Assembly (NCBI RefSeq): GCF_900232105.1
Contig: NZ_LT934425.1
Coordinates: forward strand, 4,050,001-4,082,000
Reading direction: 5' to 3'
Length of the DNA: 32,000 bases
Origin: Candidatus Kuenenia stuttgartensis
GTDB taxonomy: Bacteria; Planctomycetota; Brocadiia; Brocadiales; Brocadiaceae
The notes beneath the pieces were generated by a model. It had not been told where the DNA came from, ran no database searches, and saw nothing but the letters and a program-made list of their open reading frames with translations. Made by a program: the position numbers and the translations under genes. This document shows, piece after piece, positions 1-8,777 of this stretch. The stretch's first letter is position 1. Each line of letters opens with the position of its first letter.

Positions 1-1247
1 ATAGCACTTCAGCCGGGGAAAATTTTTCGAATAGTACTGATTCAGGGTATGAACTCTACGAAAAACTTTTGAAAAAAGAATGCGAACATGATGTATCAAT
101 TATCAAATGTGATGAATGCCGTTATGAAGTTGGCGTCGTCAAGGTTGACCCGTCTCTTTTGGGTGAAATCGTTACCATTGGCAAAGGAATGCCCATGGAT
201 ATTGGTATTACGCATGAGGCAACCGGAGAAGTGGGACCCAACCAGGATCGTTTTGTTATAGTTTCGCCAAGAATATCAGGGGTAGTGAAAGAAGTATTTG
301 TTGATTGGGGAGATCAGGTAAAGGAAGGGCAGAAATTAGCGCTATTGGATAGTATAGAACTCGGCGAAGCAAGGGCGGATTACCTGAAGGCTGCGGCCAT
401 GCTGAAACTGGCGGAAAAGAATTATTCGAGAGAAAAGGAACTTTACGGAAAAAATATTACTTCGGGAAAACATTTCTTTGATGCGGAGAATGCCCACGAA
501 CAGTCACACATAGAATTAAATGCCCTGATGGAAAAATTGCTTCTCATGGGTCAGGAAGAAGGGAGCATTAGACAGATGCAGGAAAAACTGCTCCTGATGG
601 ATCAGGAAGAAGTGGATATAAAGCACACGGCAGAAGCGGAGAAACATGTATCTTCGTTATTTACGCTCACCGCCCCTTTTGATGGAACCGTTATTGACAA
701 GAAGGTCGCGGTTGGCGAACTCAAAAATGCCTTTGATCCGATGCTTACCATCGCAGACCTCACACAACTGTGGGTATGGTTTGACGTCTATGAGAAGGAT
801 ATTCCAAAGGTAAGAATGGGAAATAAGGCGATGGTATCGGTAGCTTCTTATCCGGAAGAACAGTTCGAAGGGAACGTGACTTATATCGGGAATACCATAG
901 ACGAAAAGACACGCACCGTAAAGGTCCGTATCGAGGTTGCTAATCATCACGAAAAATTGAAACCCGGTATGTTTGCAAGGGTGCTGCTTCAGGTAGATGA
1001 TGCCAAAAGCGCTGTTGGATTACCGGAAGAAGCGGTACAGGTTGATGGGCAGGAGCGATTCGTCTTTGTGCCACTCAAAGACGGCTATTTCATTCGGCGC
1101 AACGTGATACTGGGAACGCGGTTGAACGGGTATGTAAAAGTCTTCAGTGGTTTAGAGGAAAACGACCCGGTGGTTGTCAAAGGAGGTTTCCTGCTTAAAT
1201 CCGAAACGATGAAAGAAAAATTTGGCGAAGGATGTGGAGGACATTAA
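1..1247 (+). CDS. Heavy-metal efflux RND periplasmic adaptor (CzcB/CusB-like), truncated by the left window edge
   Basis: Frame is open from base 3 through the listed ORF 69..1247, so the listed TTG start is probably not the real start. HlyD-type segments are present (RFVIVSPRISGVVKEVFVDWGDQVKEGQKLALLDS; FTLTAPFDGTVIDKKVAVGE; TRTVKVRIEVANHHEKLKPGMFARV). A CusA/CzcA-type pump follows directly. Confidence 0.9.
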   Translation, partial: STSAGENFSNSTDSGYELYEKLLKKECEHDVSIIKCDECRYEVGVVKVDPSLLGEIVTIGKGMPMDIGITHEATGEVGPNQDRFVIVSPRISGVVKEVFVDWGDQVKEGQKLALLDSIELGEARADYLKAAAMLKLAEKNYSREKELYGKNITSGKHFFDAENAHEQSHIELNALMEKLLLMGQEEGSIRQMQEKLLLMDQEEVDIKHTAEAEKHVSSLFTLTAPFDGTVIDKKVAVGELKNAFDPMLTIADLTQLWVWFDVYEKDIPKVRMGNKAMVSVASYPEEQFEGNVTYIGNTIDEKTRTVKVRIEVANHHEKLKPGMFARVLLQVDDAKSAVGLPEEAVQVDGQERFVFVPLKDGYFIRRNVILGTRLNGYVKVFSGLEENDPVVVKGGFLLKSETMKEKFGEGCGGH

Positions 1248-1251
1248 ACGT

Positions 1252-4200
1252 ATGTTGAACAAACTGATTGAAGGTACATTACAGCAGAAATTTCTGATTA
1301 TTCTTACCGTATGCGCCATTATCGGACTCGGTATATTTTGCCTGAAAAAGCTGCCCATTGACGCAGTCCCCGATATATCACCCAACCAGGTACAAATCAA
1401 TACCGAAGTGCCGGGGCTCGGACCGGTTGAAATGGAAAAACTCATATCGTTTCCCATCGAGTTCTCCATGAGCAGTTTGCCGGGGGTGAAAGAAATACGG
1501 TCACTTTCAAAAACCGGGCTTTCCCAGGTGCTTGTCTTTTTTGAAGACAACATCGATATTTATTTTGCCCGCCAACTGGTGCTGGAACGGTTGCAAACTG
1601 CAAAGGAACAACTCCCTCAACTCTTAAACGCCCAACCGGAAATGGGACCGGTCAGCACCGGCCTTGGCGAAATCTATCAATATGTAGTTACCGCTGAGAA
1701 TAAGGACGCCATGGAACTGAGGACCATTCAGGACTGGATGATTACCCCACGACTGCTGCTTATCCCGGGCGTCAACGAGGTGAACAGCTTTGGCGGTTTT
1801 GTAAAACAATACCAGGTATTAATCGACCCGAATAAACTTATCACTTACAACGTTACCCTTCGCCAGGTATTTGATGCCCTGACCGCCAACAATGTCAATG
1901 CCGGCGGGCAATACATAGAACATGCCTCGGAGCAATATCTGGTACGGGGAATTGGCCTGATCAATACCATACAGGACATTGAGAATATTGTAGTTCATGC
2001 CACAAGGGAAGGTACCCCCGTTTATGTTAAAAATCTGGCGGAGGTAAAGCTGGGCTCAGAGGTCCGCTATGGCGCCGTTACCAGGGATGGCAAAGGGGAA
2101 GTAGTAACAGGCATTGCCATGATGCTAAAAGGGGAAAATAGCCGCACTGTTGTGGAGGCGATAAAACAGAAGGTAAAAGAGATCAGACAAAGCCTGCCGA
2201 AAGGTGTTGATATGATCCCGTTCTATGACCGGGCAGGCCTGGTCAACAATGTTATTCACACGGTATTTACCAACATTGGCACAGGTGTTCTCCTGGTAAT
2301 TGGCGTGCTTATTCTTTTCCTGGGAAATTTGAGAGGGGCACTTTTGCTTGCGTTCTCTATTCCGCTCACGGCATTTTTAACCTTTACCGGTATGTATCAT
2401 CTGGGCATTGCGGCTACCGTAATGAGTTTGGGCGCTCTTGATTTTGGCATGATCATTGACGGCCCTGTCGTTATGGTGGAAAACATTATCAGAAGACTTT
2501 CTCTCAGAAAGAAAACCGGCGATTCCGACCTGGTAATACGCTCTTCTGCACAAGAAGTAGCCCGTCCCATTCTCTTTGCTATCGCCATTATTATTATCGT
2601 ATATTTACCCATTATGACCCTGCAGGGTATTGAAGGCATGATGTTCAGACCTATGGCCTTCACCATGGCCATTGCCCTCCTTAGTTCTCTCTTTGTTGCC
2701 CTATTTATTATGCCGCCCTTATGTTCCGTGGTTTTTAAAAAAGGCATAAAAGCCCATAAGATGAAGGTATCCTCCCTTCAATCGAAAGGAAACGATACGC
2801 ATAGTCTGGTAACAGAAGTATCATCGGAAGAAACGGATAATCGTGTTATTCGATTTCTAAAAAGGTATTATGGCCCCTTATTACAAAAGACGATAGCCCA
2901 TCCAGTGATAACAACCATTGCCGCTGCTTCATGCTTCTTTTTAAGCCTTATTCTTGTACAATTTTTAGGTTCCGAGTTTATACCGAAACTGGACGAAGGC
3001 GCTATTGCTATAAATGTCAATCGGCTCCCCAGTATCTCACTGATGGAATCGGTGGAGAGCTGTAAGTTGATAGAAAAGACCCTTTTGAAATACCCTGAGG
3101 TGAAAACCGTAGTATCCAAGACTGGAAGGCCGGAAATAGCAACCGACCCTATGGGTCAGCAAATCAGCGATGTATTTGTCATACTCAAACCAAAGAGTAC
3201 ATGGCGTAAAGGATGGACAAAGGAAGCGCTCATTGCAAAAATGAAAGAAGACCTGGAAAAGATTCCCGGCATGAGGTATAGCTTTTCTCAACCCATAGAA
3301 CTCCGGGTCAGCGAAATGATTGCCGGCGTTCGCTCGGATATCGCTATCTGGTTGTATGGTGAAGACTACGAAATATTACTCCCAAAGGCAGGGGAGATCA
3401 ATGCGGTTATTACGTCTGTCCCTGGCGCCAGCGAGGTAAGGACGGAACAGGTAACCGGTTTGCCTGCGATAGAGATAGAAATTGACCGCAAGGCAATTGC
3501 CCGTTATGGCATCAACGTCTCAGACGTACAGGATATTATAGAAATAGCCATTGGTGGTAAAGCAGCCACTCAGGTACTTGAAGGCGTAATGAGATTTGAT
3601 CTTTTAGTACGGTATACTGAGGAAACGAGGAATGATGTTGAGAAGATAAAAAATATCCTGGTGAGCGCTCCCAGCGGCGTGCGGGTGCCGCTAAGCCAGT
3701 TGGCCGATATCTCTGTAGTAGAAGGACCTGCGCAGATAAGCCGTCAAAACGGAAAACGCCGCATTGTGGTGGAATGCAACGTCCGCGGCAGGGATATCGG
3801 GAGTTTTGTCGCTGAGGCGCAAAAGAATATACAGGAAAACGTTGAACTTCCTGCCGGATATTATCTGAACTGGGGAGGCCAGTTTGAAAATATGCAACAG
3901 GCAAGGAAACGCCTGGCAGTTGTCGTTCCCATCGCCATGGGTCTCATTTTTATACTCCTCTATACAAGCTTCAATTCCTTTAGAAACGCCATCCTTATCT
4001 ATATTAACGTCCCCTTTGCGGCGACGGGTGGGATTATTGCATTGTTCTTACGTGATATGCACCTCAGTATAACTGCGGGGGTAGCATTTATTGCCCTTTT
4101 CGGCTTGTGCGTATTGAACGGTACGGTTATGGTTTCTTATATAAATGAATTACGGGAAAGTGGTATGAGGATGAAAGAATCTGTTATAGAGGGTGCATTA

Positions 4201-4404
4201 ACACGGCTCAGACCCGTCCTGATGACCGTTACAACCGATATTATCGGGTTTATGCCTATGGCCATATCCACCGATGTTGGTGCGGAAGTGCAAAAACCCT
4301 TTGCCACCGTTATCATTGGGGGGTTATGTTTTTCAACATTCCTTACCCTTTTTGTTATTCCCGCTCTCTACGAATGGTTTCCAAAAAAGATAGAGACAAC
4401 ATAA
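1252..4404 (+). CDS. CusA/CzcA-family heavy-metal efflux RND permease
   Basis: About 1050 aa with typical motifs (KKLPIDAVPDISPNQVQINTEVPGLGPVEMEKLISFPIE; LDFGMIIDGPVVMVENIIRR; GLCVLNGTVMVSYINELRESG). ATG at 1252 fits the adaptor end better than the ORF-caller start at 1222. Confidence 0.95.
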   Translation: MLNKLIEGTLQQKFLIILTVCAIIGLGIFCLKKLPIDAVPDISPNQVQINTEVPGLGPVEMEKLISFPIEFSMSSLPGVKEIRSLSKTGLSQVLVFFEDNIDIYFARQLVLERLQTAKEQLPQLLNAQPEMGPVSTGLGEIYQYVVTAENKDAMELRTIQDWMITPRLLLIPGVNEVNSFGGFVKQYQVLIDPNKLITYNVTLRQVFDALTANNVNAGGQYIEHASEQYLVRGIGLINTIQDIENIVVHATREGTPVYVKNLAEVKLGSEVRYGAVTRDGKGEVVTGIAMMLKGENSRTVVEAIKQKVKEIRQSLPKGVDMIPFYDRAGLVNNVIHTVFTNIGTGVLLVIGVLILFLGNLRGALLLAFSIPLTAFLTFTGMYHLGIAATVMSLGALDFGMIIDGPVVMVENIIRRLSLRKKTGDSDLVIRSSAQEVARPILFAIAIIIIVYLPIMTLQGIEGMMFRPMAFTMAIALLSSLFVALFIMPPLCSVVFKKGIKAHKMKVSSLQSKGNDTHSLVTEVSSEETDNRVIRFLKRYYGPLLQKTIAHPVITTIAAASCFFLSLILVQFLGSEFIPKLDEGAIAINVNRLPSISLMESVESCKLIEKTLLKYPEVKTVVSKTGRPEIATDPMGQQISDVFVILKPKSTWRKGWTKEALIAKMKEDLEKIPGMRYSFSQPIELRVSEMIAGVRSDIAIWLYGEDYEILLPKAGEINAVITSVPGASEVRTEQVTGLPAIEIEIDRKAIARYGINVSDVQDIIEIAIGGKAATQVLEGVMRFDLLVRYTEETRNDVEKIKNILVSAPSGVRVPLSQLADISVVEGPAQISRQNGKRRIVVECNVRGRDIGSFVAEAQKNIQENVELPAGYYLNWGGQFENMQQARKRLAVVVPIAMGLIFILLYTSFNSFRNAILIYINVPFAATGGIIALFLRDMHLSITAGVAFIALFGLCVLNGTVMVSYINELRESGMRMKESVIEGALTRLRPVLMTVTTDIIGFMPMAISTDVGAEVQKPFATVIIGGLCFSTFLTLFVIPALYEWFPKKIETT

Positions 4405-4532
4405 AATAATTTTCCGTAGAGATTACAGAGGTTGCGGAAAAGAATAGGAACTTAGGAGTAAGGTACGTCACCTTGAAGAATCGCTATAGTACCTTGTGAA
4501 AGAAAAGATTTCTAACGCAAAAGAGGAAAACC

Positions 4533-4871
4533 ATGGAAAAGATCGAGATTACAAAGTCCATTTTCTTCTTTATCCTTGCCGGATTCTGCGAAATAGGCGG
4601 CGGATACCTCGTATGGCTCTGGCTAAGAGAGGAGAAGAGTATTTGGCTTGGTTTATTCGGAGCGATAGTACTGGTTATCTACGGAGTCATACCAACCTTC
4701 CAGCCTGCAAACTTTGGCCGTGTATACGCCGCCTATGGTGGTGTATTCATAGTTCTCTCCATTCTATGGGGATGGCAGGTTGATAAGATAGCTCCGGATA
4801 AATTTGATCTGATCGGTGGTCTTATTGCCCTTATTGGTGTGGTTATCATCATGTACTGGCCACGGGGATAA
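4533..4871 (+). CDS. YnfA-family (UPF0060) small membrane protein
   Basis: 112 aa, four hydrophobic segments; [72 protein letters not shown]. Confidence 0.93.
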   Translation: MEKIEITKSIFFFILAGFCEIGGGYLVWLWLREEKSIWLGLFGAIVLVIYGVIPTFQPANFGRVYAAYGGVFIVLSILWGWQVDKIAPDKFDLIGGLIALIGVVIIMYWPRG

Positions 4872-4900
4872 CATGTTTTATTGAACGGTTACTAAATACT

Positions 4901-5082
4901 ATAGTAAACGCTAAAAGAAAGTTGTCATTGCGAGGAGGAACAGTTGCGAGGCAAAGCCGAAGCAAACTATTGGTAAGATTCCTCACTTCGTTCGGAACAG
5001 GCTCCTCAATCTCATGGCATGGATTGCTTCGCTGTCGCTCGCAATGACGGATTCATGTCAACTTATTTAGGATGTTTACTAT
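4901..5082. repeat. MITE-like intergenic repeat with nested inverted repeats
   Basis: Outer ATAGTAAAC (4901-4909) / GTTTACTAT (5074-5082) and inner GTCATTGCGAG (4924-4934) / CTCGCAATGAC (5038-5048) are perfect inverted pairs. Confidence 0.75.
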
Positions 5083-5087
5083 TGAAA

Positions 5088-5483
5088 TTATTCCTTACAA
5101 AGGAAGTCTGTAATTTTTTGGTAAAGCATCCTCTCGCTGGAGCGGATGTCTTTGATTTCTTCGTAAAGTTCGTCAAAATATCTGGCGCTGAATCGGGAGC
5201 CATATTTGAATCTGTCGCTATCCAGCACATAACCTTTGTGGATATAGCTTTTGAGGATTTCTGTTGCCCACTGCCTAAACTGGATGCCTCTTTCAGAATT
5301 GACACGGTAACCAACCGCAATAATTGCTTCCAATGAATAAAAGGAGGCGCTTCTTTTTACCTCTCTGTTTCCTTCTTGTTGAACTTGTAAGAAATCCTTA
5401 CAAGTTGCCGGATGATCAATTTCGCCGCTTTCATAGATATTTTTCAGAAGGTATGAAGCTACAATTTGTATCTTTATTAATCC
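5088..5483 (-). pseudogene. RhuM-family (virulence RhuM-like) remnant
   Basis: Minus-strand reading beyond the listed ORF gives ...LKNIYESGEIDHPATCKDFLQVQQEGNREVKRSASFYSLEAIIAVGYRVNSERGIQFRQWATEILKSYIHKGYVLDSDRFKYGSRFSARYFDELYEEIKDIRSSERMLYQKITDFLCKE*, the RhuM core, with both ends missing. Confidence 0.78.
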
Positions 5484-5578
5484 TTACTATTGGTTGTATC
5501 TCTACAAAATTTCCGAATTTTATATTTGAATATTGTTTCTTCATACCCCAAACTTCCTAAAACTCTCATTCATCCATG

Positions 5579-5600
5579 GAGACGCAAAATCTTGCGTCTC
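5579..5600. repeat. Short perfect hairpin, GAGACGCAA-AATC-TTGCGTCTC
   Basis: 9-bp perfect arms with a 4-nt loop in an intergenic stretch; no T-run downstream, so more likely an interspersed repeat than a terminator. Confidence 0.6.
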
Positions 5601-5884
5601 TACCTGGGTGTTTAAAATCTCTATTGCGCTCTTTCTCACGACTTATCCCCCTTCCGCATCAGTTCCGCCTCGCGCTCTTCTTCTCTACTGCAGATGATTG
5701 TTTAATCCTGATGTCTATGAATTCTATATCCAGATTCGGAAAGTACGATCATAAATGATTTTTCAGTATTCAATAGCACTTTTTCGTTGTTCATAACTTC
5801 AGTAATATTTTTTGCAATTCAACCGTATATTTTCATCTGCGAGTATTTTCATGGTTACTCTTTATTTGCAAAAACATTAACCTC

Positions 5885-6115
5885 TTATCCCTGGAATTGT
5901 CTAGTGGCAAAATCCAGAGCTGCATCCAATCCTTCTTCTGTCAGTTTTGGATAACCCATGAGGATTTCCTCCCTGGTCATACCTGAAGTAATATTCTGCA
6001 GTATCAGAGCCACAGAGATTCTTGTGCCCTTGATAATAGGCTTTCCATTAAGAATTTTTGGGTCACATACAATATGACCTTTCTCCTGTTTCTTCATAAG
6101 GTTCTCCTTTAACAC
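5885..6115 (-). CDS. DUF433 (VapB45-like) antitoxin-type protein
   Basis: 76 aa with CDPKILNGKPIIKGTRISVALILQNITSGMTREEILMGYPKLTEEGLDAALDFA, the DUF433 signature. Start may be at 6097 (MKKQEK). Confidence 0.85.
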   Translation of the reverse strand: MLKENLMKKQEKGHIVCDPKILNGKPIIKGTRISVALILQNITSGMTREEILMGYPKLTEEGLDAALDFATRQFQG

Positions 6116-6134
6116 CGATTTTCACAGGCATGAA

Positions 6135-7920
6135 AACCATCATAAAAACACCCTAATCATGCCGTCCAGACAATTTCAATAGATTTTCCTCCAAGCCATG
6201 GAACAGCGAATGGAGTTTGTAATTTTTTTACTTCCATCAAAACCGGAGTATGTGCTCTTTTTCTTATTTTCACAAAAAACTTACCACCGTCATAAACGAC
6301 CCTCCCCGGCATATCAATAAACTTCCTGAATATTGCAGGGGCAAGATTATTTTCAAAACGTCTCAGGTCGCATGCGAATCGATGATACAGGGTATCAGCA
6401 ATCATTGTCCATAGAATGTCAAAATGAATACGGATCATAATAGGTGAAGACAGAGAGTTCAGATTGAAAAACATTACCAGTTCGGCTATTTTGTTTTCTA
6501 TCCGCCATCGTTTAGCGTAAACTTCCAATACCCTTTGTAAGGACAGCTCTTTGCTATTGGTTAAAATAAATGTAGGGTTCTCCCGTCCGTGATCTTTCAC
6601 CACTATTTGCCTGAAAATGTTTTTACAATCTTTAAGCCTGACTTCGCTTTCATAAACTGAGACGTTTTTATACTTTCGCTTTGGAACCGGAATATAAACT
6701 TTTTTCCATACCTCCTTTGGAAGTACCAATGTTTCCTTCACAAGGCCGGCATAACGTTTACGAAGCGTTATGAACTTTACCTTGTCATTTTCAAGATCGT
6801 CAAGGATATTGTAAGCCGTAAACTTGCAATCAAAAACAAGTGTTTCGCTAACATTGCCTTTTATATTTTTCCAGTAACTTACAAACTTTTTAACCTCTTG
6901 CGACTCTTCGCGCCGTAGTATATCAGCTCTTGTATATAAAACTGCATTGCTTTTACTATCAGACGCAATGATGGTATTAGCGCCTTTCATGGTCTTACCC
7001 TTAGACCCACACCAGATCTTTTCCATTTCGGATTCATCCCCATAATGCGGGATCGAGTGAAAATCAAGATTTATATAGTCGCTACTATAAAAGTCCGGAT
7101 ACTTTTTCCTGAAAAGCGAAACAACTTTGCTTTGCAAATTCATCAACTGAGTTTCAGAGCAACGGCATGAATAGGTGTTCATGTATGTAGGCTTCGGAAG
7201 AACGTTTAATCCGGCAAAAACTCCAAAGCCAGGTTCCTGGTCATAAGCACAAATATGGGTCAGCCTCCTCTCGCCTATTAATTTCAGCAGTAACATGGAA
7301 AGACAGGCTTGCGTCGATCCAATATCGCTTGATTCAGGCAACTTACATTCCTGCAACAAATCAAGGATACCGGATTCTATGATATAAGGGATAAAAAAGA
7401 AAACCCCGGCCGTGGGGCAATCCACATTAAGATATTCGAGTATCTCAAAATCCAGGTGTTCCGAACGTTCCGGTATGATTTTGTTTTTAAGAGTTTTTCC
7501 AAGTTCATTATTCGTTCTGCGTTTTAGTTTGCCGAACCCTGCGGTTTTCAGAATACGTTCTACTGTGATTGCAGATATATTGATCTCCTCTTCCGCAAGG
7601 CGGCTATGGATGTCGGTTGTCGATAGTCCCTGTTTCCTGTATTTGATAATTTTATCCTGAACATCACAAGTAGTCCTTTTCTTTTTAGGGCCCTTTCGCA
7701 CGATAGGGAAAAGTTCTATTTTCCCTGCATTAACGTCTCTCATTAAAGAATAAACCGTGCCTGGCTTGTAACCAAATTTTGTTGCTACAGTCTCAACTGC
7801 CTGTTTGTCAATTACAATGGCCCTTACTGCTTCATATTGTTTTTGTCTTTGTGAAACAGGATTATTGAAATATGAAACTAGATTAAGTTTGCCATGTATT
7901 AGGGTGTTATTATGATGATT
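6135..7920 (-). mobile_element. Insertion sequence encoding a DDE transposase
   Basis: AACCATCATAAAAACACCCTAATCATG (6135-6161) matches the reverse complement of 7893-7920, AATCATCATAATAACACCCTAATACATG, with one indel and few mismatches. It encloses one transposase ORF. Exact outer ends and target duplication are not resolved. Confidence 0.75.
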
Positions 7921-7926
7921 ATGCAT
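6157..7926 (-). CDS. DDE-type transposase (IS1634/IS4-superfamily-like) with N-terminal helix-turn-helix
   Basis: 589 aa; N-terminal HTH-like region (AVETVATKFGYKPGTVYSLMRDVNAGK; GLSTTDIHSRLAEEEINISAITVERILKTAGFG), catalytic-like region (NLDFHSIPHYGDE; KFITLRKRYAGLVKE; YAKRWRIENKIAELVMFFNLNSL). The first ~12 codons lie in the inverted repeat, so the true start is uncertain. Confidence 0.8.
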   Translation of the reverse strand: MHNHHNNTLIHGKLNLVSYFNNPVSQRQKQYEAVRAIVIDKQAVETVATKFGYKPGTVYSLMRDVNAGKIELFPIVRKGPKKKRTTCDVQDKIIKYRKQGLSTTDIHSRLAEEEINISAITVERILKTAGFGKLKRRTNNELGKTLKNKIIPERSEHLDFEILEYLNVDCPTAGVFFFIPYIIESGILDLLQECKLPESSDIGSTQACLSMLLLKLIGERRLTHICAYDQEPGFGVFAGLNVLPKPTYMNTYSCRCSETQLMNLQSKVVSLFRKKYPDFYSSDYINLDFHSIPHYGDESEMEKIWCGSKGKTMKGANTIIASDSKSNAVLYTRADILRREESQEVKKFVSYWKNIKGNVSETLVFDCKFTAYNILDDLENDKVKFITLRKRYAGLVKETLVLPKEVWKKVYIPVPKRKYKNVSVYESEVRLKDCKNIFRQIVVKDHGRENPTFILTNSKELSLQRVLEVYAKRWRIENKIAELVMFFNLNSLSSPIMIRIHFDILWTMIADTLYHRFACDLRRFENNLAPAIFRKFIDMPGRVVYDGGKFFVKIRKRAHTPVLMEVKKLQTPFAVPWLGGKSIEIVWTA

Positions 7927-7960
7927 TTGTAATATTCTTGCTGAATACTGATAATACCGT

Positions 7961-7988
7961 CAAATACCTTCTATTTGAGAGGTATTTG
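7961..7988. repeat. Hairpin CAAATACCT...AGGTATTTG upstream of the transposase
   Basis: 9-bp perfect inverted repeat at 7961-7969 and 7980-7988. Confidence 0.5.
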
Positions 7989-8295
7989 CGCTTGCTAATT
8001 GGTTAATATTCAGAATTGTAGCACACTTATAATCATCAATCAAGCATTTTGTTCATCATATTATCACCCTAAAATCCCAAAATTTGCTGAAATTCCCGAA
8101 TAATGCAAAAATGCCCTGATTTAAAAATGTAATTTGTTACTACTAACAGGCAAGTAATGAAATACAAGGCATAGACTATTTTGTAATATAAGTTTACAAG
8201 GTAAGGGCAAAATAAATTCATCGCTCTGCAGCCTTCAAACACAGACGACTTTAAGGGGTGTATTATGATGGTTTATGTGTGTGTGAAAATCGGTG

Positions 8296-8559
8296 TTAAA
8301 TCAGTTCAGTTTCAAGATGCTTTAAAATTTCAATCTCCCCTTCAAGTTCAATAAACTGCATGTCGTTGGTCTCTGTATGTTCAACATCTCACTTCATTAA
8401 CTTACCAGTATCAACTCCGAGCGTTTTTGTGAGAGAGTTAATCTTCTCCTTACTCTTCCTGATGGTATCCATAATGATTTTCTCTTCCCTCTCCACTGCG
8501 TTTTTTAAAAGAGGAGCCACAGTCTCCGGAGAGTCGCTTTTTAAGGTTATTGTCTTCAT
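8296..8559 (-). pseudogene. Short coiled-coil ORF with an in-frame TGA
   Basis: Minus strand: MKTITLKSDSPETVAPLLKNAVEREEKIIMDTIRKSKEKINSLTKTLGVDTGKLMK* (TGA 8389-8391), then DVEHTETNDMQFIELEGEIEILKHLETELI* in the same frame. The ORF caller listed only the antisense ORF 8360..8599. Confidence 0.5.
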
Positions 8560-8587
8560 GTTGGCACATAAGTTACTGGGAACAAAT

Positions 8588-8710
8588 TTATGCCCTTGAA
8601 AGCTCGTATTTTACGTGTAAAAGCCTGTCCAGCATTACATGGTGTGACGCATCGAGGATTTCAATACCTACAATGCATCTATCATTGGCACAAATCTCTT
8701 GGAACGTAAC
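8588..8710 (-). pseudogene. DUF2283-like C-terminal remnant
   Basis: Minus strand: VTFQEICANDRCIVGIEILDASHHVMLDRLLHVKYELSRA*; 'IVGIEILDAS' is the typical DUF2283 motif, and the N-terminal half is not readable. Confidence 0.55.
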
Positions 8711-8777
8711 CTACCAAAAAGGCTGAAAGCTAAAATGCTCGTCATTGCCTATCTATATAAGTTCTAATCGTTGTGTA

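Noticed and set aside
1152-4072. Multiple ORFs overlapping the first RND pump in other frames
   Set aside because: They overlap a strong CusA/CzcA coding sequence and lack family features.
5019-5560. Plus-strand ORFs 5019..5336 and 5324..5560
   Set aside because: 5019..5336 runs through the palindromic repeat and antisense to the RhuM remnant; 5324..5560 covers the same remnant region.
8389-8391. In-frame TGA as a selenocysteine or recoding site
   Set aside because: The surrounding genes are visibly decayed, the codon context is not a known selenoprotein and no convincing SECIS-like hairpin was identified by eye.
8360-8599. Plus-strand ORF of 79 aa
   Set aside because: It is antisense to the more protein-like minus-strand coiled-coil reading, and its product has no recognisable features.
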